The notes: generated from the letters alone by a model not told the origin. A stretch of 64,000 nt of DNA from Promethearchaeota archaeon (GCA_016839555.1 JAEOUA010000010.1:320001-384000); one strand, 5' to 3'. Counted from the stretch's first letter, positions 50,882-61,666 are shown. Made by a program: numbers and translations.

Positions 50882-51580
50882 ATGGTAAATTCTCACAGTA
50901 AAAGTTTTTTTGGACAGAACACAGGCATAATTTTACAAAGCTCATCTAAAAAAGACCCGTATATTTTTTTACAATGCATAAAGAAAAAAGCTAATGGAAA
51001 ATGGGAAAAACCCTCCAAAGGAGAGGGTAAAATTACTAGATTTTCTTTAGAAGAAATAATAATGATACTTAAGGTTTTACAATCTAAAATGGAATCATGG
51101 TCCACGTATCATAAATATAATGACTCTAGTACTCAAATAACAATTAACTGGCAAGATAGTTGCCTCTGGATTAACATTGATACATATTCCAAGAAACTTA
51201 ATGTAGCACAGATTGAAATTTTAAAACTTTTATTAGAACATATCCTTCAAGAAAAAATTATTCATGCTACAGAGTCTAAAACACAAAAGAATGAAAAATC
51301 AGATTCTAATAAATCAGATTCTAATAAAAATCATATTTATGTGAAAGAGGAAATAATAAACCCTAAAGCTATTCATCAGGAGAATGAAAAAAAAACTTTA
51401 GAGATAAAGGGAAAGATAAAGAGAAAGACTGAAAAGGCATTATTAATCGATTTTTTAAATGGAATTGAAACATGGATTCCTAAATCAAAAATCCATACTA
51501 AATTTATAGAAGATATAGATTTAATCCAAATATTTCGAATCGAGAAATGGCTATTAAATAAAAATAAAGTAATAACTTAA
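50882..51580 (+). CDS. Hypothetical protein, Whirly/PC4-like N-domain + small C-terminal beta domain
   Basis: Repeated strands-plus-helix pattern; C-terminal KTEKALL...WIPKS. Confidence 0.55.
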   Translation: MVNSHSKSFFGQNTGIILQSSSKKDPYIFLQCIKKKANGKWEKPSKGEGKITRFSLEEIIMILKVLQSKMESWSTYHKYNDSSTQITINWQDSCLWINIDTYSKKLNVAQIEILKLLLEHILQEKIIHATESKTQKNEKSDSNKSDSNKNHIYVKEEIINPKAIHQENEKKTLEIKGKIKRKTEKALLIDFLNGIETWIPKSKIHTKFIEDIDLIQIFRIEKWLLNKNKVIT

Positions 51581-51699
51581 TTTTTTAATTTTTTTTTAGC
51601 AAAATCCCAAATAATCAATGTTTTTTTAATTATACGGTGTAAAATTAGAGTATTTGGATTTTCAAAATTTATAAAACAAAGCCATATTTATTATATGTA

Positions 51700-52920
51700 A
51701 TGAAGGAATTAGTTCCGGAGAATTACTTCGACATTTGCATTATTGGCGCGAGTATTGCGGGAAATTATTTAAGTTATTTACTATCAAATACTTCATTAAG
51801 AATAGCGGTAATTGAAGAGCACGAAGAAGTTGGAAAACCTTTACAATGTGCTGGAATTATATCTCAAAAATTAAAAAGTTTAATCCCTTTATCTAAAGAA
51901 ATTGTTTTAAATCGAGTAAAAATCGCGAAACTTGTATTTCCTTCTAATGTTTCAATTGAATTATCGGGAGATGACCATCCTTACATAGTGGATCGTATTA
52001 AATTAGATCGAACCTTTTATGAAAAAGTAAAGGATAATCCTAATATAAAGTTCTTTCTCGGAGAAAAATTTAAATCGTTCAACTATATTAATAAAGATGA
52101 AAATGAAAATCAAAAATCTTTAATAATTAAGACTTCAAACCGAAAAATTCATGCAGACCTTTTAATTGGTTGTGATGGGCCACTTTCTTCGGTAGCAAAA
52201 CAATTGAGCATTAGAAATAATATTATATATGCAACGCAGATTCGTATTGAAGCAAAATTTAATGAGAATAAAGCTTTTTTATATTTTGATGAGCAATGGA
52301 AGGATTTATTCGGTTGGATCGTTCCAGAAGGGAATAAGATATATAGAATTGGCTTAGCATGTTCAAAAAATGTAATGAAAGCCTTTAAACTATTTTTAGA
52401 GAAAATAGGTGTAAAATATAAAAATATAATAGATCATCAAGGGGGGATTATCCCCATTGGAACTATGAATAAAATTGCACATGATAATATCTTATTATTA
52501 GGAGATTCTGCGTGCATGGTGAAAGCAACTACAGGGGGAGGTATTATCATGCTCTTGATAGCTGCCAAATTTGCGGCTAAATGTATTATAAAGTGTTTTC
52601 AATTTCATGATTTTTCAAAAAATTTCATCAGAAAACATTATGAAAAACTCTGTGTATCAAGTATCGGAAAAGATTTAAAACTGCACTATTTGGTTCGCAT
52701 TGTACTTAAACATTTCAAAAATAAAAATTTCCATGAAATTTACAAGATAATAAACAAAAATGAGATTAAAAAGCTTATTAATGTGTATGGAGATATGGAT
52801 TTTCCTAAGTCTCTAGCATTTAAAGTAATGTTTAACTTAGATTTTATAAGATTTTTAATAAAGTTTATAGTAAAAAATCCAATACTTATAGTTGAAATAA
52901 TTTCTATTATTTTGAGTTAA
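51700..52920 (+). CDS. Geranylgeranyl reductase family FAD oxidoreductase
   Basis: IGASIAG, PLQCAG, GCDG, FGWIVP, GDSACMVKATTGGGI. Confidence 0.88.
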   Translation: MKELVPENYFDICIIGASIAGNYLSYLLSNTSLRIAVIEEHEEVGKPLQCAGIISQKLKSLIPLSKEIVLNRVKIAKLVFPSNVSIELSGDDHPYIVDRIKLDRTFYEKVKDNPNIKFFLGEKFKSFNYINKDENENQKSLIIKTSNRKIHADLLIGCDGPLSSVAKQLSIRNNIIYATQIRIEAKFNENKAFLYFDEQWKDLFGWIVPEGNKIYRIGLACSKNVMKAFKLFLEKIGVKYKNIIDHQGGIIPIGTMNKIAHDNILLLGDSACMVKATTGGGIIMLLIAAKFAAKCIIKCFQFHDFSKNFIRKHYEKLCVSSIGKDLKLHYLVRIVLKHFKNKNFHEIYKIINKNEIKKLINVYGDMDFPKSLAFKVMFNLDFIRFLIKFIVKNPILIVEIISIILS

Positions 52921-52996
52921 AATAAATGAATTCTATAATATCAGAGTTTTATAATTTTTAATTTTGCGTTTAGTTCTAAATTCTCAAAAATAAATA

Positions 52997-53386
52997 TTAA
53001 AGTTGAAAAAGAGTTTCTTTAACTGGTGGGGCTTCCCAACTAAAAAATGCGATAGACCCATTAAAAAAGAGCCAAAAAATCATAAAACCTATTACCAGAG
53101 CAGCAGAAACGGCACCAAATATCTTCACACCTTTGGAAATTCCCAGATCTTCATTTTTCCTCTGGTAAATAGCTCGAGCAGTCGCTACAAAATAGATGAT
53201 TGATAATAATATTGAAACGATCCATAAGAATAACATAAATAAACTAAAGGTATAGATTGGCTGCCCTTGATAGGTTAAGCTATTTAGCCATTTCCAATGA
53301 GTTATTATTAAATAAGAAGGAATAATGCTAAATATTAACCCATCTATGAAAAAGAGGATTCCATAGCCAATACCTTTCCATGCCAT
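52997..53386 (-). CDS. Small 3-TM membrane protein
   Basis: Three hydrophobic segments. Confidence 0.7.
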   Translation of the reverse strand: MAWKGIGYGILFFIDGLIFSIIPSYLIITHWKWLNSLTYQGQPIYTFSLFMLFLWIVSILLSIIYFVATARAIYQRKNEDLGISKGVKIFGAVSAALVIGFMIFWLFFNGSIAFFSWEAPPVKETLFQL

Positions 53387-53740
53387 TTTATTAATTACTC
53401 TTTTAAGATATCTTATTATTTTTTAATTTGTTATGCCTATTTAATTCTATGATTATTTAATACATATTTTTTAGTTTATTGAAATTATTATATTAATTAA
53501 TAGCATATAAACATTTACCACATTCTAAAATTAAATTATTTGAAATATGTATAATTTATTTCAATCAATATTTTCAATATAACTTACATTAGAACTAGCA
53601 ATTTTTGGATAAATAAAAAAATTATCTGATTTATTTAATAATGCATGAATGCTAACTAAATATAACTTATTATTTAGTAGTAAATGTAATATAAACAGAT
53701 TTTAGATAATTATAAATACTCAATTGTTTATAAATAAATT

Positions 53741-54379
53741 ATGCAATTTAAAAATAAAAGACTTATAAATAAGTCCATAATATCAATAGGATTCTTTATA
53801 TGCTTTTTCTTAATAGGATTTCTTATAACTTCTGCGTCCATTATCAATGAAAATCCTATTTTAGTTTTAAATAGTAAAAAACATGACATTAACCCTAATA
53901 TAACAGTAGATTATACCCCCCCTTATTGGAATCCACCCCTTTCTAATCAAATTAGAATATTTGGTAATAATTTTAGCTATCAAATAACTGCTCGGGATAC
54001 CGAATCTCCTATTGACTCCATTTGGTTAGGCGATACTAAAGATTTTCAAATAAATATACTAGATAGGAATGACACGGAACATTGGGCTATTGCAGAAATT
54101 TCTAATAAAACAGCTTTATCTCTCGGTGTTTATTGGCTAACGATCTATGTTAATGATACATCAATCCACTCACCTACTAAAGATAGGACAATTAAAGTCA
54201 CTGTTAAAACTGAAGATATGATCTTCTTAGAAAATTTGATAACTGCATCACAATTGAGTTCTAGCGCTCAGGATGAAGAAATTAATATTCCTGGATACGA
54301 AGTATATATTTTAATGATTATAACTGGAGCCTCAATAGCATCAATAATTCTTCGGAAGAAACACTTTCTTAAATTATAA
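53741..54379 (+). CDS. Surface protein with Ig-like domain and Loki-CTERM/PGF-CTERM-like sorting tail
   Basis: N-terminal TM, DYTPP...YWLTIYVND, C-terminal IPGY-TM-RKK. Confidence 0.75.
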   Translation: MQFKNKRLINKSIISIGFFICFFLIGFLITSASIINENPILVLNSKKHDINPNITVDYTPPYWNPPLSNQIRIFGNNFSYQITARDTESPIDSIWLGDTKDFQINILDRNDTEHWAIAEISNKTALSLGVYWLTIYVNDTSIHSPTKDRTIKVTVKTEDMIFLENLITASQLSSSAQDEEINIPGYEVYILMIITGASIASIILRKKHFLKL

Positions 54380-54549
54380 TTTAAAATTTTTTTTCTCTAT
54401 TTCTTTTTTTATTTTTTATCTTCATTATGATAATCAAATCATTAATTTTTTCTGATGTAAAGAGTTTAAAGCGATAAATAATCATAAAATATTATTTTAG
54501 TGCTTCTTTTTATAAAAAAAAAATTAATTGATTTTCGAGTAGAGTTACG

Positions 54550-55698
54550 ATGGATTTTGAGCTTAGTGAAAAACAAAAATTGGTTAGAAGCAAAATTAGA
54601 ACGTTTGCTGAAGATATTTTAGCTCCCGTAGCACCCGTGGTGGATAAAGAGCTAAGATTCAGCTGGGAGACTGCGAAGGAGTTATCAAAAATAAATGCGT
54701 GGGGTATTCAAATACCTGAAAAATATGGGGGTGCGTGTTTAGACTCAATTAGTTTTGTGATTACTATTGAAGAAATTTCAAGAATATGCCCCTCAACAGG
54801 ATTGAATGTAAGTGTTCATAATTCCGTAGGAGCATATCCAATTTTGGAATGGGGTTCTGAAGAGCAGAAGGATAAATTTCTTTATGATATCGCGACTGGA
54901 AAAAAATTAGCCGCTTTTACCTGGACGGAACCAAACGCAGGTTCAGATGCGGCGGGAATTGAAAGTATCGCAGTGGAAGATGGAAATCATTATATTTTAA
55001 ATGGATCTAAAATTTTTGTAACGAATGGAGGAGTCGCATCAGTATTTTTAATCGGAGCACGATATAAAAGAGAAAATGGAGAAAAAGGAATTGGTGTCTT
55101 TATTGTAGAAAAAGATATTGACGGACTTGAAATAGGAAATCTTGAAGATAAACTAGGTATGAGGGGGTCAAGCACAACAAGTCTTTATTTCCATGATATT
55201 AAAATCCCAAAAGCAAATGTTCTAGGAAATATCTCAGAAGGATTTAAAATTGCAATGAAAACATTAGATGTTGGGCGAATAGGTATAGCCGCTCAGTCAG
55301 TAGGAATTGCTCAAGCTGCCTATGAACTTTCAGTTAAATATTCGAAGGGGAGAATTCAATTCAATAGACCTATAGTACAATTCCAAGGGATATCTTTTAA
55401 ATTAGCTGAAATGGCAACCAACATAGATGCAGCGAGACTATTAGTTTATAGAGCAGCCACTTTACGGGATAAAAATAAACCTTTCTCTAAGGAGTCAGCA
55501 ATGTGTAAATATTATGCAAGTGAAGTGGCAAAAGACGTAACCCGAGAAGCCATTCAAATTCATGGAGGTTATGGATTTATGAAGGATTTAACTTTAGAAA
55601 GATTCTATAGGGACGCCCCTGTATTATCTATTTATGAAGGAACCAATGAAATTATGAAAACAATAATTGCTCGACAAATATTGCGGGGGAATCTATAA
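54550..55698 (+). CDS. Acyl-CoA dehydrogenase (butyryl-CoA dehydrogenase-like)
   Basis: TEPNAGSD, KLGMRGS, QIHGGYG, IYEGTNEI. Confidence 0.93.
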   Translation: MDFELSEKQKLVRSKIRTFAEDILAPVAPVVDKELRFSWETAKELSKINAWGIQIPEKYGGACLDSISFVITIEEISRICPSTGLNVSVHNSVGAYPILEWGSEEQKDKFLYDIATGKKLAAFTWTEPNAGSDAAGIESIAVEDGNHYILNGSKIFVTNGGVASVFLIGARYKRENGEKGIGVFIVEKDIDGLEIGNLEDKLGMRGSSTTSLYFHDIKIPKANVLGNISEGFKIAMKTLDVGRIGIAAQSVGIAQAAYELSVKYSKGRIQFNRPIVQFQGISFKLAEMATNIDAARLLVYRAATLRDKNKPFSKESAMCKYYASEVAKDVTREAIQIHGGYGFMKDLTLERFYRDAPVLSIYEGTNEIMKTIIARQILRGNL

Positions 55699-55699
55699 A

Positions 55700-56503
55700 G
55701 TGTATAAAATTTTTGTTTTATTGAAGCAAGTTCCCAAATCTCAAACTCTTCAAATTGATAAAGATTCCGGAACATTAATTAGAAAAAATATTGAAAACAT
55801 CATTAATACCGATGATTTAAATGGTCTTGAACTAGGTTTGACTATTAAAGAAAAATATGGGGGCGAAGTCACAGCAATGACGATGGGACCCCCTCAAGCA
55901 AAAGCAGCTTTACGAGAAGCTTTGGCGATGGGCGTAGATCATGCAGTTCTAATATGTGATCCGCAATTTGCGTATTCAGATACTCTCCAGACAACCTTAG
56001 TTCTTAAAGAAGCATTTAATAAAATCCAAGAATATGATATAATTATCACAGGGAGGGAAACTTCTGATTCTAGCACGGGACAAGTACCTTTTCAATTATC
56101 TGAAGCCTTAGATGTTCCCTTGATAACTGATATTTTTAATTTTGAATTAAAAAATAATATTTTTGAATGTCAGAGAAATTTTGGACATGAGAGTCAAAAT
56201 ATCACAGTTAGATTGCCTGTATTACTTAGAATTGGCAAACATTTTAATGAACCACGACACATTCCCTTGTTAGGTATTAAAAAAGCGTTTGAAAAAAAAA
56301 TTGAGATATTTGATTATAGACTTTTTAATTGTCCCTCCTATCTCGATGGCAGTAAAAAATCTCCTACACAAGTCGTAAGTATTGAAAAATTTTATCCGAG
56401 AAGAAAAAATGAATTCCTGAATGGCACAATTACTGATAAAACTCAAAAGATTATTGAAATTATGAAAGAGCACGGAATTGAGAGAATTTGGACTGGGAAA
56501 TAA
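55700..56503 (+). CDS. etfB: Electron transfer flavoprotein beta subunit
   Basis: KQVP, TMGPPQA, SDSSTGQVP, NEPR; GTG at 55700 preferred. Confidence 0.9.
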   Translation: MYKIFVLLKQVPKSQTLQIDKDSGTLIRKNIENIINTDDLNGLELGLTIKEKYGGEVTAMTMGPPQAKAALREALAMGVDHAVLICDPQFAYSDTLQTTLVLKEAFNKIQEYDIIITGRETSDSSTGQVPFQLSEALDVPLITDIFNFELKNNIFECQRNFGHESQNITVRLPVLLRIGKHFNEPRHIPLLGIKKAFEKKIEIFDYRLFNCPSYLDGSKKSPTQVVSIEKFYPRRKNEFLNGTITDKTQKIIEIMKEHGIERIWTGK

Positions 56504-56512
56504 GAATAGTAG

Positions 56513-57532
56513 GTGAAAAAAATTAAGAATTTAAATCAATATAAAGATGTATGGGTTTTTGCAGAAATAAAAGACCATAAGAGAGTTCATCCATGCGCAT
56601 TAGAAATATTAGGGAAGGGAAGAGAATTAGCGGACGAATTAAACCAAAATCTTGTAGCAATTGTGTTAGCATTAGATGCTGAGCAATATCTGCCCACTAT
56701 TAAAGAACATGGAGTAGATAAAATTATATACCTTAGCCATATTGATTTAAAACACTATCATGAGCGAATTTTTACGAAACTGGTATATGAGATGGTCGAA
56801 AAATACAATCCCTCGATTTTTTTGTTCCCCTCAACGGAAGCCGGTAATGCACTTTCAGCGAGAATAGCTTATCGATGTAGAACGGGTTTAGTAAATAGTG
56901 TATTAAATTTAGAATTAGACAAGAAACTGGGAGATTTATTATTAACAGATAAACCAGCGTATGGCGGAGATATTAAAGTAAAAATTATTTGTCCTAATAC
57001 GCGACCTCAAATGTGCACCATTACACCCGGAACCTTTAAGAAAAAGAAACTAATAAAAAATAATATTGAAATCATAAAAGAAAACTATTCATTTAATAAG
57101 GAAGAGTTAAAAATTAAAATCATAGGCGCTCCTACCAGAAAAGATAAACCATCCGCAACCTTGTCCGATGCTAATTTTGTAATAGGCGGTGGTGCGGGAT
57201 TGAGTTCTGAAGAAAATTTTGAAAAATTGTTTAAGTTGGCAAAATATACTAATGGGCAAGTGGGGGGTACTCGACGACCGATTTTCAGTAAATGGATGCC
57301 AGAGCATTTGCAAATAGGAATAAGCGGAGAAACGATTAAACCTAAATTATATCTTGCTTTTGGGATTTCAGGGGCCATTCAACATGTTGTTGGAATCACG
57401 GATTCTGATACTATTATAGCAGTAAATACCGATCTGAATGCTCCAATTTTCAAGGCTGCAGATTATTGTATTATTGGAGATGCCAATGAAATTATCGAGG
57501 GACTTCTAAAGCATTATGAAATTGAAGAATAA
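56513..57532 (+). CDS. etfA: Electron transfer flavoprotein alpha subunit
   Basis: RPQMCT, QIGISG, GISGAIQH, AVNTD. Confidence 0.92.
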   Translation: MKKIKNLNQYKDVWVFAEIKDHKRVHPCALEILGKGRELADELNQNLVAIVLALDAEQYLPTIKEHGVDKIIYLSHIDLKHYHERIFTKLVYEMVEKYNPSIFLFPSTEAGNALSARIAYRCRTGLVNSVLNLELDKKLGDLLLTDKPAYGGDIKVKIICPNTRPQMCTITPGTFKKKKLIKNNIEIIKENYSFNKEELKIKIIGAPTRKDKPSATLSDANFVIGGGAGLSSEENFEKLFKLAKYTNGQVGGTRRPIFSKWMPEHLQIGISGETIKPKLYLAFGISGAIQHVVGITDSDTIIAVNTDLNAPIFKAADYCIIGDANEIIEGLLKHYEIEE

Positions 57533-57628
57533 AGCTAAATCTAATTAATTTAACTATAAGTCTTTGATTTTGAAAATTTCTATATTTTTAAACACAAAAT
57601 TTTTAATCCTAGTTTTAAACAAATCTAA

Positions 57629-57862
57629 TATGGAGAATTTAAGATAGCTGGAGGTATACAACAAAAAAATTATGTAAACTTCTATTTTTCCCCAATTTAT
57701 TCATATCCAACATTTTTTCAAAATATCATTCTAGATTTAAAGAAATTTTTAAAAGGAAAATCATGTTTTTATTTAACCAAAACCACAACAGAACTTCTTA
57801 AAGAAATTGAGAATCTCCTTATCAAAGGTATCGAGAGATATAAGGAGTTAAATTGGATATAA
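57629..57862 (+). pseudogene. Start-less remnant of a DUF1801/YdhG-like gene
   Basis: Frame reads ...KNYVNFYFSPIY...LKKFLKGKSCFYL...GIERYKELNWI*, preceded by an in-frame TAA. Confidence 0.55.
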
Positions 57863-57918
57863 ATTCATATAAATTAATTATAGAAAAAGTAAAAAAATAT
57901 AAAAAAAAAGAAAAGTAA

Positions 57919-59688
57919 TTAAATTACTGAAAAGAGTGTAAAGAATCCTTGATATGGTGCGATCGTAGTAACTATAAGTATGAAATAGATAGCATTAATT
58001 ACCGCTCCTGTGATAATGTTTCCCGTTCTTCGATATGAAACTACCTCTATACAAGCAGATAGAATCATAATTGGTGTGCTCACAGGGATCATTACTCCCC
58101 AGAAAAATAAACTTCCCGTTAGTACCCCTATCAATAATAGATATGTATTAATGTAAATAAATAGAATTCCGAAATGAATGACAACAATTTTAATGTTTCC
58201 TAGAAGATCATTAGAAAACCTCGGTTGGATCACAAGAAGAATATTTATGTCATAGATTAAGAATATAAAAAATGCTATTATCATATATAAGGGAATCCAT
58301 GGTAATTTTGTTATAGAAGGAACAATGCCGATATAATTTTGTCCAAAAGATAAGTACAGAATTACATATAATATCCCTGCTAATATTATTCCAAGAATAA
58401 TATATTTAATTAAGTCTTTTTTATCCGACAAAAATGGTTTTCCAATAATATTTCTCATAGAGAGCCCATGTTTTTTACCTAATCTCCATAGTAATAAGAC
58501 AGTACCAAAAGCTTGACCAAATAACAGACTTAAAATAAACCCTTCAATAGGCTGCGGTAGTGGCAGGAATACCCAAACAATTAGAAATATTCCAACAATT
58601 CCTAATAGAATACTTAATAAGAGCGTTAAAGCTATCAATTTTTTGGTTGATGTTTCCTTGAAATCAATTTCTATTTCTTCTCTTATTTGTTTTTCTTTAA
58701 ACTGGTCCTTTTGAGTCTTGTCTTTCTCATTAGAATTAGCCTCCTTAATAATTTCCTCTATTTCTTCCATGCTTTGAAAGCCAAATACCCTTGCTAAGAT
58801 ATATAAAAGTGCAAAGAAGAGCCCGAATCCACCAATTATTTGGAAAATTAATATTAAAAGTCTAAAATGAGCATGAAAGTCTTCATCTGGAGCAAGCGTA
58901 TTTGGAAAAGTAGTGATTAACCAATTTCTTGAAGCTCTAATAAAATCAGTATCCCATGCGACCGATAAATGGTTGCTATTATCATCCAAATAAATCATTG
59001 TTGCATTTCCATCTTGGAAACTTCCGTATAACTGATTAACATCCACGAATGAAGAGATTATTCCTGTTCTTACGCTTACAGATTGTTTTAACGTATATAG
59101 TTTAAATGCTTCATCGTATTTTGCATATATCATAAGGACATTTAAAGGATGAGTGGAATTTCCTTTTCGAAGTAATGGTTGCAAGCTTGTTCCTACTCCA
59201 ATAAATGCTTTAAAATCGGGATCATCATTTACAATGATATTTCCTGGAAATCCCCCCATACTATATCCAATATAAGCTAAATTATGAATATCAATATCCA
59301 AACGAGTAGCAAGATATGTTTTTACTGCTAATACGTCATATAATAACCTATTATTGCTTAATACGCCAGTACTTTGTCCATGTCCTCTAAAGTCAAGTGT
59401 TACCACTACAAAACCCGCAGCAGCTAATTCTATGGCATACCCCTTCATAAATTCCTTATTTGCCATATAACCATGCCCTATAATAACCGCATTTTTTTGG
59501 ATTTGTAAACTTCTTCTTGGTTCAAATATATCAATAGAAATTTTCTCTCCATCAACCGTCTGCAACGTTTTATTAGAAATTTTCACACTTTTTGGAACCA
59601 TAGATATCAATACCGTACCAATAATAAATATCAAAAGAAATAACATAAGGTAGACTAATTCTTTTTTATAAGATTTTATTGATTTCAT
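57919..59688 (-). CDS. Alpha/beta hydrolase with C-terminal multi-TM domain
   Basis: GHGY, DFRGHGQS, GYSMGG nucleophile elbow, DE, NH; about 8 C-terminal TMs. Confidence 0.85.
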   Translation of the reverse strand: MKSIKSYKKELVYLMLFLLIFIIGTVLISMVPKSVKISNKTLQTVDGEKISIDIFEPRRSLQIQKNAVIIGHGYMANKEFMKGYAIELAAAGFVVVTLDFRGHGQSTGVLSNNRLLYDVLAVKTYLATRLDIDIHNLAYIGYSMGGFPGNIIVNDDPDFKAFIGVGTSLQPLLRKGNSTHPLNVLMIYAKYDEAFKLYTLKQSVSVRTGIISSFVDVNQLYGSFQDGNATMIYLDDNSNHLSVAWDTDFIRASRNWLITTFPNTLAPDEDFHAHFRLLILIFQIIGGFGLFFALLYILARVFGFQSMEEIEEIIKEANSNEKDKTQKDQFKEKQIREEIEIDFKETSTKKLIALTLLLSILLGIVGIFLIVWVFLPLPQPIEGFILSLLFGQAFGTVLLLWRLGKKHGLSMRNIIGKPFLSDKKDLIKYIILGIILAGILYVILYLSFGQNYIGIVPSITKLPWIPLYMIIAFFIFLIYDINILLVIQPRFSNDLLGNIKIVVIHFGILFIYINTYLLLIGVLTGSLFFWGVMIPVSTPIMILSACIEVVSYRRTGNIITGAVINAIYFILIVTTIAPYQGFFTLFSVI

Positions 59689-59896
59689 TTTTAAATTTTA
59701 TGATAAGGTAATTTAGAATTTTTTTTATAAAAATATTCCAATAAAAAATATATTATATCTTTGTATTAAAAAGGTTTTATCATAATTCATTATACTATTG
59801 ATTATGAATTAGATAGATGGAAAATTAGATTTAAAATTTATTTTGGAAAAATAAGATAAAAAAATAATAAATAAATTCTTACAAATAAGAAAATCC

Positions 59897-61576
59897 TTAT
59901 TTCTTGAGTTTTTTGTATTCCTTGATAGTCTCTTCTGCGATTTTAATTGCTTTGTCCTTCTCTTTTATAGTTTGATTTAATTTTACTTCTAATTCTCTGG
60001 TGTATTTTTCTAATTGTTCTATTTTTTGTTCTGCTTCTTCGCTGAGTCCTCCAACTTCTTCTCCCGCTTCTATTTTACTCTTAAGAGATTTATATTTTTC
60101 TTTCCAGACTTTTAATTCAGTTTGGATTTCTTTTATTCGTTCATCGACAGGTATGTCGGGACTGACAATCCCTTTTTCTTGTTCTATTGTTTCAACTCTT
60201 TCTTTCCATGTGTTAAGTTCATCTTCTAAATTTTTTACCTTTTGTTTTAATTCAGAGATCATATCTAATAGTTCATCCCTGCTTTTATCTCCTAGAATTT
60301 CCTTAAACATTTCCTTTCCTGCTTCTAATTCTGCTTCTGATTTATCACCTAAAATACGTCGTTTTCTCTTTTGAAGATCTTCTACTGTCTGTTCAGAAAG
60401 GAAATCAAGAGGATTAAAACCTATCCCTCCATGTTGAGTCTCCCTTTTTCTAACTTTTACAAAAAGAGGAATTCCACTAACAGCTTCTCCGCTAATAATA
60501 CCTTCCCCTTTATCCAAACCACTAATATCTTCTCTATGCTCATTACTAAGATCTTCTGCGCTATGAATAGTTATATTTACATCATTTACATCAGATAGAC
60601 AATGAACTACCCAAGTTCCAGCTTGAGCTCTAATTGTTGTATCTAATAATTGCGGTCGCTGAGTGCCAAGAACTAAATTCGCTCCAAATTTTCTCCCTTC
60701 CTGAGAGAATAATTTAACCGTATCACATGTTTCTGTTGATTTTTTTCCAGCAAACAAATGTGCCTCATCTAAGAAGAGATAAAAAGGGGGAATCTTTCTT
60801 AAGGTACTGGCTTTATATAATTTTTTCAATAACCTCCCTGCAAGACTTTCCTGTGCTTCCAAAGATAGACCTCGCATATTAATAATCGTACATAAATTAG
60901 GAGCAATAATATCAGTTTCACTAAGAGAGAAGAGATATTCAATATCTAAATCCGCTGCTTTATTAATAGTTAAATCAGAAAATTCTATGATATTATCAAT
61001 AAATTGGCTTTCTTCTCCTCCCTTTTCTTCACTTGCTATTTTTAAACTACCGTATTCTCCATGTCGATCTAAAATTACTACAGGAATCCCTTTTTTCATG
61101 AATTCCTCACATAATACCCCCATAGTGTAAGACTTCCCGCTTCCAGAACGTCCAGTGATAAATACCCTTCCGAAATCCTTTACTAATAAATTCACATCAA
61201 AATCATAACCAAGAAGTTTTCCGAGAGCCACAGATTGTTCGGGAGGATTTTCTATCCCTAATACTTCCCTTATTTGTTCATCTTTTGCTAAATACACTTT
61301 AGAACCCACTTCGAAAGGTCTTTTAGGTCTTTCACCGATTACTGCTAAATCAGCTTTCATACCCTCCTCATCATTCCAAATGGTACTGATGGTCATTATT
61401 TTATGATCTCTGTTTCCCTTTTCATCCTTATTTCCATACACAACTAAATAGCTTGTTCTTTCGACCTTTTCGCTTTCGATTAAAACTCTAGCCTCAGATA
61501 TTTGCGTTTTTCCAGTAAGTATTCCTATAGGTTTTTCTTCTATACCAGAATCATCATTTTCATCATGTTCGGACAT
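59897..61576 (-). CDS. HerA/FtsK-family (DUF87) ATPase with C-terminal coiled coil
   Basis: GRSGSGKS, DRHGEY, LDEAH, EGRKFG, TQRP; heptad-rich last about 130 aa. Confidence 0.85.
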   Translation of the reverse strand: MSEHDENDDSGIEEKPIGILTGKTQISEARVLIESEKVERTSYLVVYGNKDEKGNRDHKIMTISTIWNDEEGMKADLAVIGERPKRPFEVGSKVYLAKDEQIREVLGIENPPEQSVALGKLLGYDFDVNLLVKDFGRVFITGRSGSGKSYTMGVLCEEFMKKGIPVVILDRHGEYGSLKIASEEKGGEESQFIDNIIEFSDLTINKAADLDIEYLFSLSETDIIAPNLCTIINMRGLSLEAQESLAGRLLKKLYKASTLRKIPPFYLFLDEAHLFAGKKSTETCDTVKLFSQEGRKFGANLVLGTQRPQLLDTTIRAQAGTWVVHCLSDVNDVNITIHSAEDLSNEHREDISGLDKGEGIISGEAVSGIPLFVKVRKRETQHGGIGFNPLDFLSEQTVEDLQKRKRRILGDKSEAELEAGKEMFKEILGDKSRDELLDMISELKQKVKNLEDELNTWKERVETIEQEKGIVSPDIPVDERIKEIQTELKVWKEKYKSLKSKIEAGEEVGGLSEEAEQKIEQLEKYTRELEVKLNQTIKEKDKAIKIAEETIKEYKKLKK

Positions 61577-61666
61577 TAATCATCATGTTTTTTTTTAATA
61601 TGAGTTTAAAAAAATTGATTTCAATTATTACTAAATAGATAATTTAGCAATTTAATTCTTTTTATT

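Noticed and set aside
51297-51329. 15-bp tandem duplication encoding KSDSNKSDSNK
   Set aside because: Ordinary slippage in a disordered linker.
27931-61576. Sir2 + HerA as an anti-phage system
   Set aside because: The genes are 31 kb apart, and the sirtuin is a Zn-binding CobB-type deacylase, not a defence NADase.
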